Origin: Thermodesulfobacteriota bacterium
GTDB taxonomy: Bacteria; Desulfobacterota; WTBG01; JAGOGO01
Direction: 5' to 3'
DNA length: 32,000 nt
Assembly (NCBI GenBank): GCA_026625185.1
Contig: CP113000.1
Location: 3,012,651 to 3,044,650, forward strand
Shown: positions 24,478 to 32,000 of the stretch, piece after piece
How positions within the stretch are numbered: position 1 is the first letter of the stretch
Layout: every line of letters begins with the position of its first letter
Notes under the pieces: generated by a model
Database searches by the model: none
What the model saw: the letters and a program-made list of their open reading frames with translations, nothing else
What the model was told of the DNA's origin: nothing
Made by a program: the position numbers and the translations under genes

Positions 24478-24631
24478 GATCTTCTCCTCTTTGGGTTGTG
24501 TGGTCAGCGTTAAACCCCAATACGCAGAAGGTGTTGCGTAAATCGCCGAGGGTAGGTCCTTGGGCTTCTTTCCGCCATCTTCCACCACGGCTCTCAGTTT
24601 CTATTAGAAAGGGCTCGCCAAGGAGTCTTCC

Positions 24632-25645
24632 CTACGGTGTCTGGTAGAGGAATTCCTTCAAGTCAAGTTCAGTGCTTTTTTTAAGCGCCGCAAAGTCAAT
24701 AGGTTCCGTGCTCTTACAGAACTGGTACACGGCGAGTTTTGCTGCTGCCTCTGCCGTAAAATCCATGTACTTCGGCACAATGGCCAATGCACGATCCGGA
24801 GTTCTGCGGATGTACTCAATAGCCTCGTCGATGGCCTCGACGTACTTAGCAATCACCTTGGGTTGTGTTCGGGGGGACTGAGTATTGACGTATGTGCAGG
24901 CTACAAAGTATGGGTCTGCGAGAAACTCTGCAGATAAGTTCTTGCCAAGCAGGACATAGTCGTTGGGCCTCTTTTTCATTAAGGCTTGAATGTCGCCGCC
25001 CCACCCATGGACGCCAACAATCGCTTCGTTCTCCTCGAATGTCTTGACTGGATCGCCTCCACAAGCACAGACAACGCCCTTCATGTCTACTCCTTTGCTA
25101 TCCATTATTTTCCTTATTAGCCCATGATCACCGAGAGATTTCAATGCAAGTTGAGTGCTCTTCCTTCCTTTGAAGTCACCCCATTTTGTGATCTGGGCCG
25201 TCTTCTTTACCAGAAAGCCGGTTATCATTGGGCCGTCCTTCGTGTAGAAAAAGGGGTGTACAAAGCGGATCGACGTGGGCGAAGCGCCCGTTTCACTTAT
25301 TAGACTGAAGGCGTGTCCGTTGATAACGTCCATGTCGCTAAAGCGAAGCGCTGGAAGGTCGCCAACCTTCAACGGTTTAACGTCTATGCCGCGCTTCCTG
25401 AAGTAGCCTTTCTTCATTGCAACCAAGAACGGCAGAGACCAGTCCGCATATTCGTAGAAAACCTGAAGCACTGGCGCGTTCGACGGAACCGCGCCCTCGT
25501 AATCCGGCTCGTCATTGCTCATAGCCGCACGCGGTTTCGGCGGGTGGCTCCCTGTCGTCTCGTCCCCCGATTCCCCTCCACATGCGCAGATCATGACAAT
25601 AGCAGACACCACAACTGACGCAACCAACCCAGTGCGTGTTCTCAT
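24632..25645 (-). CDS. NMT1/THI5-like periplasmic substrate-binding lipoprotein (NitT/TauT-type ABC binding-protein fold)
   Basis: Signal peptide MRTRTGLVASVVVSAIVMICACGG with a lipobox-like Cys. The body resembles sulfonate/nitrate/HMP-type binding proteins. The start may be 25645 (SD ggagga) or 25675. No permease or ATPase partner in the window. Confidence 0.65.
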   Translation of the reverse strand: MRTRTGLVASVVVSAIVMICACGGESGDETTGSHPPKPRAAMSNDEPDYEGAVPSNAPVLQVFYEYADWSLPFLVAMKKGYFRKRGIDVKPLKVGDLPALRFSDMDVINGHAFSLISETGASPTSIRFVHPFFYTKDGPMITGFLVKKTAQITKWGDFKGRKSTQLALKSLGDHGLIRKIMDSKGVDMKGVVCACGGDPVKTFEENEAIVGVHGWGGDIQALMKKRPNDYVLLGKNLSAEFLADPYFVACTYVNTQSPRTQPKVIAKYVEAIDEAIEYIRRTPDRALAIVPKYMDFTAEAAAKLAVYQFCKSTEPIDFAALKKSTELDLKEFLYQTP

Positions 25646-26272
25646 TGGCTCCTCCTCATTTTTCTTGCCCAACATGGATTATATGTATCTCGACCCACAG
25701 GTATGAACTCTAACTAAACAGCACACTTGGGTGTTTCATACCCTCCGCTTTGCGGGATAAGTTCAACTAACCAATTCCAATACGCTTCCTTTTCGGAATT
25801 GGAGTTTCACTAATAAAACCCTAAACAACACAAAAATTGCTATACAAGAAACTATAATTTACTTTATGATTTAATCGCAACTATTTAATATTTATGTTTA
25901 ATCAACTAAAAAACTATAGTTTCAGCGATCGTCTTATACAGATCAATATAAGACAACTTTTTTTTATTCGGACTGCTCGGGTACCAGTCTCTACACACAC
26001 CCCGGCGCTGCGCGCCACCCCTCTCAAGAGGAGATTGGGTTTTATGCTGTCAAAAAAAAAGCCCATCACCTTTATCACTGGCGATTTGGCCTTATTAATT
26101 TTTCATCTATGTCAAAATCCTTCCCATCAAAGACACATTTTCCCTCTAAAGTTATTATCTTTATGTGGGGTTGTTATTTCGATCCTTTTTAGTCTAATTC
26201 AGGATAAAAGTCAACCAAAAATCTCAACACCAAGGAGATCATCCCCTGTTCTTTGCGGGTTTTGCCTATGAA

Positions 26273-26300
26273 AGGGCGCTGCTTGCTGCGCCCTATTTTT
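26273..26300 (+). terminator. Intrinsic terminator-like hairpin in the long intergenic region
   Basis: agggcgc-tgcttgct-gcgccct followed by attttta. No convincing gene upstream. Confidence 0.4.
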
Positions 26301-26551
26301 AGATTTGGGCAGGTCAAGCCCTGTCTCTACAATTTAAGGTATCCTGGCAGAGAGGGTGGAACCTCTATAAATGTTTGGCGAAGGCACGAAAGCATTCTAT
26401 ATTCTCATCACTACGTGCCAACGGGTTTTGCACCATTCCAAACCCTCTGTGTTTACGTAAGGCTAAAAAGGCAATCGTTTTTTTGCCGGGATGGTAGTAA
26501 AATCATTACCTTAGGATAATTTTTTTTGTAAAAACATTTTTTCAAAAAAAC

Positions 26552-26580
26552 TTGACAAACAAGTATTGCTATCATTTAAT
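26552..26580 (+). promoter_or_regulatory. Sigma70-like promoter P1 (A-tract, TTGACA-17 nt-TTTAAT)
   Basis: aaaaaaacttgaca at 26544-26557, with tttaat at 26575-26580. Confidence 0.35.
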
Positions 26581-26621
26581 TTTTAAAATATTTTGGATTA
26601 TACCCGGCAATAAAAAAAAGC

Positions 26622-26650
26622 TTGACATTTAAAATTATCATAGCTATTTT
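26622..26650 (+). promoter_or_regulatory. Sigma70-like promoter P2 (A-tract, TTGACA-17 nt-TATTTT)
   Basis: aaaaaaaagcttgaca, with tatttt at 26645-26650. It repeats the A-tract plus cttgaca of P1 70 nt downstream. Confidence 0.3.
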
Positions 26651-26902
26651 GTAATTAAATTGTGAATACGGCCTCTGACCAAATAAAACCAAAAGTTTAA
26701 AGTCAAAACCGGTTTTCATATAACAAGGGAAGCGCCAGTTGACTCATAAATAGATGTTACCGGAGAAGTGTTTGAGAGCCGATCTTTATTGATCACCAGT
26801 TAAATTAACCTCTAATTTTAAGGTGTTAAGGCAGCTGTTTTTGATAAGTATAATGAAGCGGAGGTATTATTTTATATTTTTTTAAAAGATAGGAGGTTGC
26901 GT

Positions 26903-28036
26903 ATGTTACTAAATTGGCTCCCACGAGATAATGAAGAAAAAAGTCACCAGATATTTGGGGATGAACATTTCGGTACCGAAGCCCCCTGCACCCTTTATGA
27001 AAAAAAGCCCCTCATCAATCCAGAGAGCGGCGAGATAATAAAAGGCCTTACCAACGCTTGGATTACCCTCAACAATCCGGCTCAGTACGGTTCTTATACA
27101 ACCCAGATGATTAAAGGTGTTATCGCAGGAATGCATAAGGCCTCTATGGACCGTGATGTAGTCTCAATAATTTTTACTTCCGTAGGAGACAAGGCTTTCT
27201 GTTCCGGCGGAAATGTAAAAGAGTACGCCGAATACTATACCCTGAGACCTATGGAATATATGCAGTACATGGATCTTTTCTCCGGGATGATCGATGCGAT
27301 TTTAAAAGCCCGCAAGCCGGTAATTTGCCGTTGCAACGGGATGAGGATCGCCGGCGGCCAAGAAATCGGACAGGCCTGCGACTTTACCGTAGCCGCGGAT
27401 ACCGCCACGTTTGGTCAGGCAGGGACAAGACATGGTTCGACCCCGACCGGCGGTTCAACCAACTTTCTCCCTTGGAATCTATCCATGGAACAAGCTATGT
27501 GGCAAGCCACCTCCAATGAGCAGTGGAGCGCGGCTAAGATGGAGAGGCTGGGTTTAATCACCAAAGCGCTTCCCATCAAAAAGAATGGAAAGGGTGAGTG
27601 GGTTCGAGATCCCCGGGTCATTACTGATAAATTTACCGAAAATGGCGAGATTGTTTACGGAGAATTGAAAAAAGGGGCTGAATTTAAAAAGGCACAGGAA
27701 GAATTGAAGGGCCTTCAGACAGATTGGACCTTACTCGATGACTTTGTCAACCAAATGGTCTGGACATTATCGCATACTACCTATCTCTGCCTGATGACCA
27801 CCATTGAAAGCATTAGGATGCGCAAGAAATTTTTCTGGGATCAGGAAAAACAGTACCAGCTCTACTGGCTCGCAGCAAACATGAATGCCGAAGCATACCT
27901 TGGTTTCAACGCGTTCAATACCCAGAAAATAACCGGCGAAAGAGAAATGGATTACTTTGAATATCGCCGTCAACTGGCAAACCTTACGCCTTTTCCGGAT
28001 TTAGTAGAAAGCGTTATCCATAAGCCCAAAAAATAA
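26903..28036 (+). CDS. Crotonase-superfamily enzyme, BamA/Oah-type 6-oxocyclohex-1-ene-1-carbonyl-CoA hydrolase-like
   Basis: SD aggagg 6 nt before ATG 26903. NAWITLNNPAQYGSYTTQMIKGV, GDKAFCSGGNVKEYAEYY and NGMRIAGGQEIGQACDFTVAAD...FGQAGTRHGS closely resemble the ring-cleaving hydrolase of anaerobic benzoyl-CoA degradation as I recall it. The size (~377 aa) fits. Confidence 0.75.
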   Translation: MLLNWLPRDNEEKSHQIFGDEHFGTEAPCTLYEKKPLINPESGEIIKGLTNAWITLNNPAQYGSYTTQMIKGVIAGMHKASMDRDVVSIIFTSVGDKAFCSGGNVKEYAEYYTLRPMEYMQYMDLFSGMIDAILKARKPVICRCNGMRIAGGQEIGQACDFTVAADTATFGQAGTRHGSTPTGGSTNFLPWNLSMEQAMWQATSNEQWSAAKMERLGLITKALPIKKNGKGEWVRDPRVITDKFTENGEIVYGELKKGAEFKKAQEELKGLQTDWTLLDDFVNQMVWTLSHTTYLCLMTTIESIRMRKKFFWDQEKQYQLYWLAANMNAEAYLGFNAFNTQKITGEREMDYFEYRRQLANLTPFPDLVESVIHKPKK

Positions 28037-28041
28037 AAAAA

Positions 28042-28078
28042 GAAACCGGGGGAATGATTCATTCCCCCGGTTTCTTTT
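28042..28078. terminator. Strong bidirectional intrinsic terminator between the convergent crotonase and EAL genes
   Basis: gaaaccgggggaatga-t-tcattcccccggtttc, a 16-bp perfect stem flanked by an A-run upstream and tttt downstream. Confidence 0.85.
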
Positions 28079-28130
28079 CACACCTGCCGGATTTCACATC
28101 TCATTCGTAAAATTCCACCGAAAACCTTGA

Positions 28131-29441
28131 CTAATCTTTTTCCTTGATTTTCGCCAACAACTTTTCCGAATCAACAAGCGGAAAACCAACGCCCGGTTTT
28201 GCGAACAAAAAACCCTGGCCGTGGGTAACCCCAAGTTCTTTTAAGGTCCTGCATTCTTCAATGCTTTGTACTCCCTCGGCAATGATAACCGCATTGATCG
28301 AATTGTTAATAGCAACCAAAGACTTCACAATTTGCTGTTTGACTATATCTGTCTGAACATCGCGAATGATGCCCATATCAATCTTAATATAGTTAGGTTT
28401 AATCTTGAGAATCGTTTCAAAACTTGAGTACCCGGCGCCTGCATCGTCTAATGCCACCGAAAACCCGAGGTTCAAATAATACGCCAGGCTTTTCTCAAAA
28501 ATCTCCCAATTGGTTATCGCTTCCCTTTCATTAATTTCAAACACAATATTTTCCGGCGTTATATTTAAATCCTGAAGAAATTTCCTTAGGTATCCCCCTT
28601 TAAACTCAGGATCAGCTATACTGTTTGCCTGAGAATTTACAAAAATCCGATGGTTTTTATCCATTTTTATTGCATGTAAAAATGCAGATTTCCTGCATAG
28701 GTTATCAAGTTCAAAGCCCATTTCAAGTTCCCTGGCAATCTCAAAAAGCATGTCAGGACTTTCGAACACCGTCCCTTTCGGTCCCCTGGTCAACGCTTCA
28801 AATCCTATGGTTGATAATCTTTCCAACTCAACAATCGGCTGGTAAACGGTTAGGATTGCTTCCTTTAAAATAAGTTCTTTCAGTTTCTCCTTGTTTCTCA
28901 TTTTTGTCAGGAACTTCAGGAACTCAGCCATTTTCTTTGAATCTTCAATCAATGTATCTACCTGACGCTCTACATCGACCATGGAATTATAAAGAACCGT
29001 CGCAAATCCCACCTGGATAAGCGTCTTGCCGGTAACAGCGTCTGAAACCTCCTTTTTTATTGCATCGTTTATATGCTTCCTTACTCGTATGGCCATTTCC
29101 TCCATGTCGGTAGAATAAAATTTTCGATCAGCTCGCTTCGGTGAAAGAAAAATAAAAAACTGGTCTTGGTTAGGAAAATTAGACGTAATAATATCTTGGG
29201 GTTGGATCATTTTTCCCGCAAGATTTTTTGTGGCATTAATAAACACTTCTATTATATGCGCGTACATATGCCGGCCATAAAATTGCTCAATCCATCTTAA
29301 TTCGCCGCAATCGATAAAAATTACACCCAAAATCTTTTCTGCGAACAAAATAGGTTTTATCTGATCAAGAACAGCCTGATAGGGGGGAAACGGATTTTGC
29401 AGAACGACCTGAAAATCTATTGTCTTAGCGTCTTTTCTCAT
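28131..29441 (-). CDS. c-di-GMP phosphodiesterase: degenerate GGDEF-like domain plus intact EAL domain
   Basis: EAL motifs FEALTRG, NEREA, DDAGAGYSS, KIDMGIIRD, IAEGVQS and GQGFLFAKP. The N-terminal half has the GGDEF fold pattern, but NQDQF replaces GGDEF. The start is ATG 29441 or TTG 29477. Confidence 0.85.
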   Translation of the reverse strand: MRKDAKTIDFQVVLQNPFPPYQAVLDQIKPILFAEKILGVIFIDCGELRWIEQFYGRHMYAHIIEVFINATKNLAGKMIQPQDIITSNFPNQDQFFIFLSPKRADRKFYSTDMEEMAIRVRKHINDAIKKEVSDAVTGKTLIQVGFATVLYNSMVDVERQVDTLIEDSKKMAEFLKFLTKMRNKEKLKELILKEAILTVYQPIVELERLSTIGFEALTRGPKGTVFESPDMLFEIARELEMGFELDNLCRKSAFLHAIKMDKNHRIFVNSQANSIADPEFKGGYLRKFLQDLNITPENIVFEINEREAITNWEIFEKSLAYYLNLGFSVALDDAGAGYSSFETILKIKPNYIKIDMGIIRDVQTDIVKQQIVKSLVAINNSINAVIIAEGVQSIEECRTLKELGVTHGQGFLFAKPGVGFPLVDSEKLLAKIKEKD

Positions 29442-29769
29442 TTTTGTTAGTCCGCTTACGTTAAGCGCAATTTTCAAACAACTAAAGTACTTTTTTACCC
29501 TTTTCGGCGACCGCTGGAAGATTTGCTTCTTGCACCCTGGTAGACGATAAGGATTGGCACAAAGTACCGCTTGCTGATCGATACAAAAGTTTTATAATAA
29601 ATGAGATGCCGCAAAAAAGTCAACCAATTCAATGTAGGGCAGGAAAAAAACAAATCAGCACTAAACCACCTTAAAATCCTTACAACACCCTTTCAATCCA
29701 ATTTCTTATTTTATCTAAATTACCTTTTTTTATTGCACTTCAATTTTCACCCTCATATTGTCCCGCTCC

Positions 29770-29820
29770 AAAACAAAGGCTGGCCAAATTGCAAGTTTTG
29801 TCCAGCCATTTTGTTTTTTT
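29770..29820 (-). terminator. Intrinsic terminator downstream of the interrupted lipoprotein-like gene
   Basis: aaaacaaaggctgg ... ccagccattttgttttttt. The ggctgg/ccagcc stem is extended by A/T-rich arms, with U-rich tracts on both strands. Confidence 0.55.
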
Positions 29821-29872
29821 CTTGCTTTAAAAAGATAAAAACACCCCTCTTGTTTTCAAAAAGCGCATAAGT

Positions 29873-30298
29873 TTATTTTGCTTCACTTGCTGCCGCGCTT
29901 TCGGAGACATTTTTTATGCGGTTAAACACGTCGGTAACCATCCGGCCCTCGTGTCCAAAGTCACCCCATCCCCAAACCGTCCCAGCGGAAAATTGCATTT
30001 CAGTTTGTTTTTCCCCTCGGGGAATTAACCGTATCCCCACCTCGTCTCCAAAACTCCAAAAAGTAATGGACTTTTTTGCTTCTATAAAATAGTCCGCTTT
30101 ATTAACGGTCTTCAGGGTCATCCATTCGTCCGGAAGTATTTCCAGCGTCTTTACCCAAACGATGTCAACTGGTGCATTAATTATGTTTTCATTCGCGGGG
30201 CGCCTTACTGTCGAATAAGTCTAACAACCAAGTGTTCCTGAGCATAAGAGGACAGAAAGAACTATCACCATGTTAATAATTTTAACGTTAGACAGCAT
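29873..30298 (-). pseudogene. Lipoprotein-like gene interrupted by one in-frame TAG (30221-30223); the downstream part is the 82-aa ORF 29873-30121
   Basis: A strong SD (aaaggaggtg) precedes ATG 30298, which opens MLSNVKIINMVIVLSVLLCSGTLGC followed by TAG. The same frame then stays open for 33 codons into ATG 30121 and the 82-aa ORF, whose own ATG lacks an SD. Confidence 0.5.
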
Positions 30299-30392
30299 TA
30301 TTACACCTCCTTTTAAAGCCGTTTATAAGCCTCCCCTTCCCTTCAGAAATTTATAGCCCAAACACTAATGGATTTAATAATAAGGAAATTTC

Positions 30393-30435
30393 AAAAAAAA
30401 ACACCTGAAAAGATTAGTAGCCAAAAGGTGTTTTT
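30393..30435 (-). terminator. Intrinsic terminator downstream of the Ski2-like helicase gene
   Basis: The minus strand has aaacacct...aggtgttt, an 8-bp stem, followed by a run of 9 T. Confidence 0.65.
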
Positions 30436-30633
30436 ATGGACATAAATTTATCCTCCCAACCAAAATAACTATAAGGTTTTTCCGGAGTTTTATAGATAAA
30501 TTTATTCATATTGTCAAGAAAAAAATTGCTCACAATCGTATTATTTTCGGCCTCAGTTAGGTGGTCGAAAAACCAACCCATCCAATAAATATAAACAAAG
30601 TCGTCCTACCGGAGCCTTTTAACATTATTTTTA

Positions 30634-32000
30634 TTATGAGTAGTAAAGTACCGGCTCTCTTAAAATAAGGGGGAGAGATTGGAAAGCTTTTTTTGCCAAC
30701 GCGGGGTGGGTCGTTTCCAGATTTATGACCTGCCGAAGGTGGTCACCAGTCCTTAAAATAAGCATCACCAGATCACCTTCCTCAATCGGGAGGAGTTCCA
30801 AAAGATCATCCCAGGAATAGCCTTTTGCCCAGATAAATAAGGCGATCGCAGGCCAAAGCTGCAAAGGCGGGGACGAAAAGCCTTGACTGAGTATCATTTC
30901 CCGGAGGTGCTCGAGCTTAAGGATCATGGCGAAAAAAGCTTTTTCTAAAACGCGCGCTTCCGGAATTCTTCGCACCTCCACCTCTATCTCCTTTGGTTTA
31001 TCAGACACAAAGGGAGCAATCAGGCCGGCTAAAATTTCCGGGCTTACTTCCTCAAATGCTTGTTTGCGGATACACTCAGCGATGAGCAGGGGTTGGTCAA
31101 TTCGTAATTTCGAAGCCCAAGCCCCATCAGAAGTCAGATGGTTATCTGCAGTTACAAAACCCGTATCGCGCAAAAATGCGAGATGACGTTCAAAATCAAG
31201 CCAGAGCCAGTGACCAGTCTTCTCGATCTTTCGGGAAAGTTTTTTCATCCGGGACATGACACCTCTCACCAGGTCACTGCCCTGTGTATAACAGAGCGGA
31301 ACATGGACACAAACATTACAAACTTCTCTTTTTTCCCGGTGCGTGATTAACTCCGCAACTTTATTTTTATCCTTAAGGTCGCACTGACTTTGGGGCAGAA
31401 GTTTGCGAAGACGTTCCCAAAGGCTTTCCCATTTTTCTTCTAATTTTTTTTGTGATTTTCTATTTTGAAAAGTGGCAAATGACTGGTCTAATAATTCCCG
31501 AATCGCCACCGGACGGTAAGAAAGAAGCAGATTAAGGACCATGGAAAAATTGATTTGAATTTGACTTTCGATTGGTTCCGGTCGTGAAGAAAGAAGCGTA
31601 TCAATCAAATACGGGTCTTGAAATGCTCCCGGTATTACCAAGGCAAAACCGATATGATCCTTTCCTCTCCTTCCGGCCCTTCCGGTCATCTGGTGAAGCT
31701 CGGTTGCCGTTAATGGAGCAAAGTCAATCCCATTAAAGCGATCACTTTGAACAATGGCGACCGTTCGGGCAGGAAAGTTTACTCCGGCCGCCACCGTCGA
31801 GGTTGAAAAAATAGCATCTAACAAGCCCGCGTTCATCATTTTTTCGATGAGGATTTTCCACTGGGGAAGTTGACCCGCATGGTGGGAGACCACGCGGGAA
31901 TGAATTAAATCGGGTAATTGCCGATGACCGCGTAAAAAGGGAAACTCCTTGAGTAATGTTTCCAACGCCTCGTGAAATCCTTCTTCTTCCTGAAAACTGT
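30634..32000 (-). CDS. Ski2/HelY-like DEAD/DEAH-box SF2 helicase, C-terminal part (5' end beyond window)
   Basis: HHAGQLPQWK, STSTVAAGVNFPART and QMTGRAGRRGKD (helicase motifs IV-VI). The C-terminal DSHCT-like end has EEGDLVMLILRTGDHLRQV. The frame stays open to the window edge. Confidence 0.85.
   Translation of the reverse strand, partial: SFQEEEGFHEALETLLKEFPFLRGHRQLPDLIHSRVVSHHAGQLPQWKILIEKMMNAGLLDAIFSTSTVAAGVNFPARTVAIVQSDRFNGIDFAPLTATELHQMTGRAGRRGKDHIGFALVIPGAFQDPYLIDTLLSSRPEPIESQIQINFSMVLNLLLSYRPVAIRELLDQSFATFQNRKSQKKLEEKWESLWERLRKLLPQSQCDLKDKNKVAELITHREKREVCNVCVHVPLCYTQGSDLVRGVMSRMKKLSRKIEKTGHWLWLDFERHLAFLRDTGFVTADNHLTSDGAWASKLRIDQPLLIAECIRKQAFEEVSPEILAGLIAPFVSDKPKEIEVEVRRIPEARVLEKAFFAMILKLEHLREMILSQGFSSPPLQLWPAIALFIWAKGYSWDDLLELLPIEEGDLVMLILRTGDHLRQVINLETTHPALAKKAFQSLPLILREPVLYYS

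Noticed and set aside
25894-26271. 125-aa plus-strand ORF ending just before the 26273-26300 terminator
   Set aside because: It has no SD, reads through a REP-like unit (ATPLKRRLG), and has low-complexity, non-protein-like sequence. The terminator may belong to an untranslated RNA instead.
29546-29567. Sigma-54-like TGGCAC ... TTGC
   Set aside because: The spacing between the GG and GC elements is about 5 nt too long, and there is no plus-strand gene downstream.
1-32000. Scan for tRNA, rRNA, tmRNA, RNase P, CRISPR arrays, transposase or integrase genes
   Set aside because: I found no T-arm-like GGTTCGAATCC-type sequences, no RNase P GGAAAGTCCGG core, no regularly spaced 25-40-nt repeats, and no ORF with recombinase or transposase motifs. 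The tandem and palindromic repeats present are a microsatellite, REP-like units and MITE-like elements.

Overview
Bacterial chromosomal window, moderately AT-rich with a few clearly G+C-richer patches. A BamA/Oah-type hydrolase and REP-like repeats hint at a deltaproteobacterium-like anaerobe, at low confidence. All calls come from reading the sequence and recognising motifs from memory; no searches were run.

The backbone is DNA-repair and nucleotide housekeeping:
- A recC-recB-recD operon at 14.6-23.6 kb.
- A divergent minus-strand cluster at 10.8-14.2 kb: YfbR-like HD hydrolase, dGTPase-like HD hydrolase, a small membrane protein and an unrecognisable 431-aa protein.
- A PIF1/RecD-like SF1B helicase with a C-terminal WYL-like domain.
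- A truncated Ski2/HelY-like helicase at the right edge.
- Two ABC-F ATPases: a Uup-like tail at the left edge and a YbiT-like full gene.
- Other genes: YciH/SUI1, a spermidine-synthase-like methyltransferase, an alpha/beta hydrolase, a DUF1353 protein, a PNPOx-like flavoprotein, a SnoaL-like protein, an NMT1-type lipoprotein binding protein, an orphan BamA/Oah-type crotonase, and a degenerate-GGDEF/EAL protein.

No tRNA, rRNA, CRISPR array, transposase or integrase was seen, and I could not recognise a canonical defence system.

Observations most worth a second look:
1. The helicase 3' end is duplicated as a decayed, collinear second copy that brackets a G+C-rich methyltransferase gene and contains yciH.
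2. A roughly 220-240 bp MITE-like element with 18-nt terminal inverted repeats is present twice. One copy sits between recC and recB, next to an (AGTAGTC)n heptamer microsatellite that overlaps the recC stop codon.
3. The YbiT-like ABC-F gene has a degenerate second P-loop and a leader with a promoter, a 15-codon uORF and two terminator hairpins.
4. A GGACGTCC-N6/7-TATAA motif is shared by two divergent promoters, and a G+C-rich roughly 215-bp island is closed by two TGGACGTCCC copies.
5. A lipoprotein-like gene is interrupted by a single in-frame TAG.
6. A G+C-rich Y-shaped inverted-repeat element lies downstream of recD.
7. The HD/dGTPase/unknown-protein cluster lies next to recBCD.
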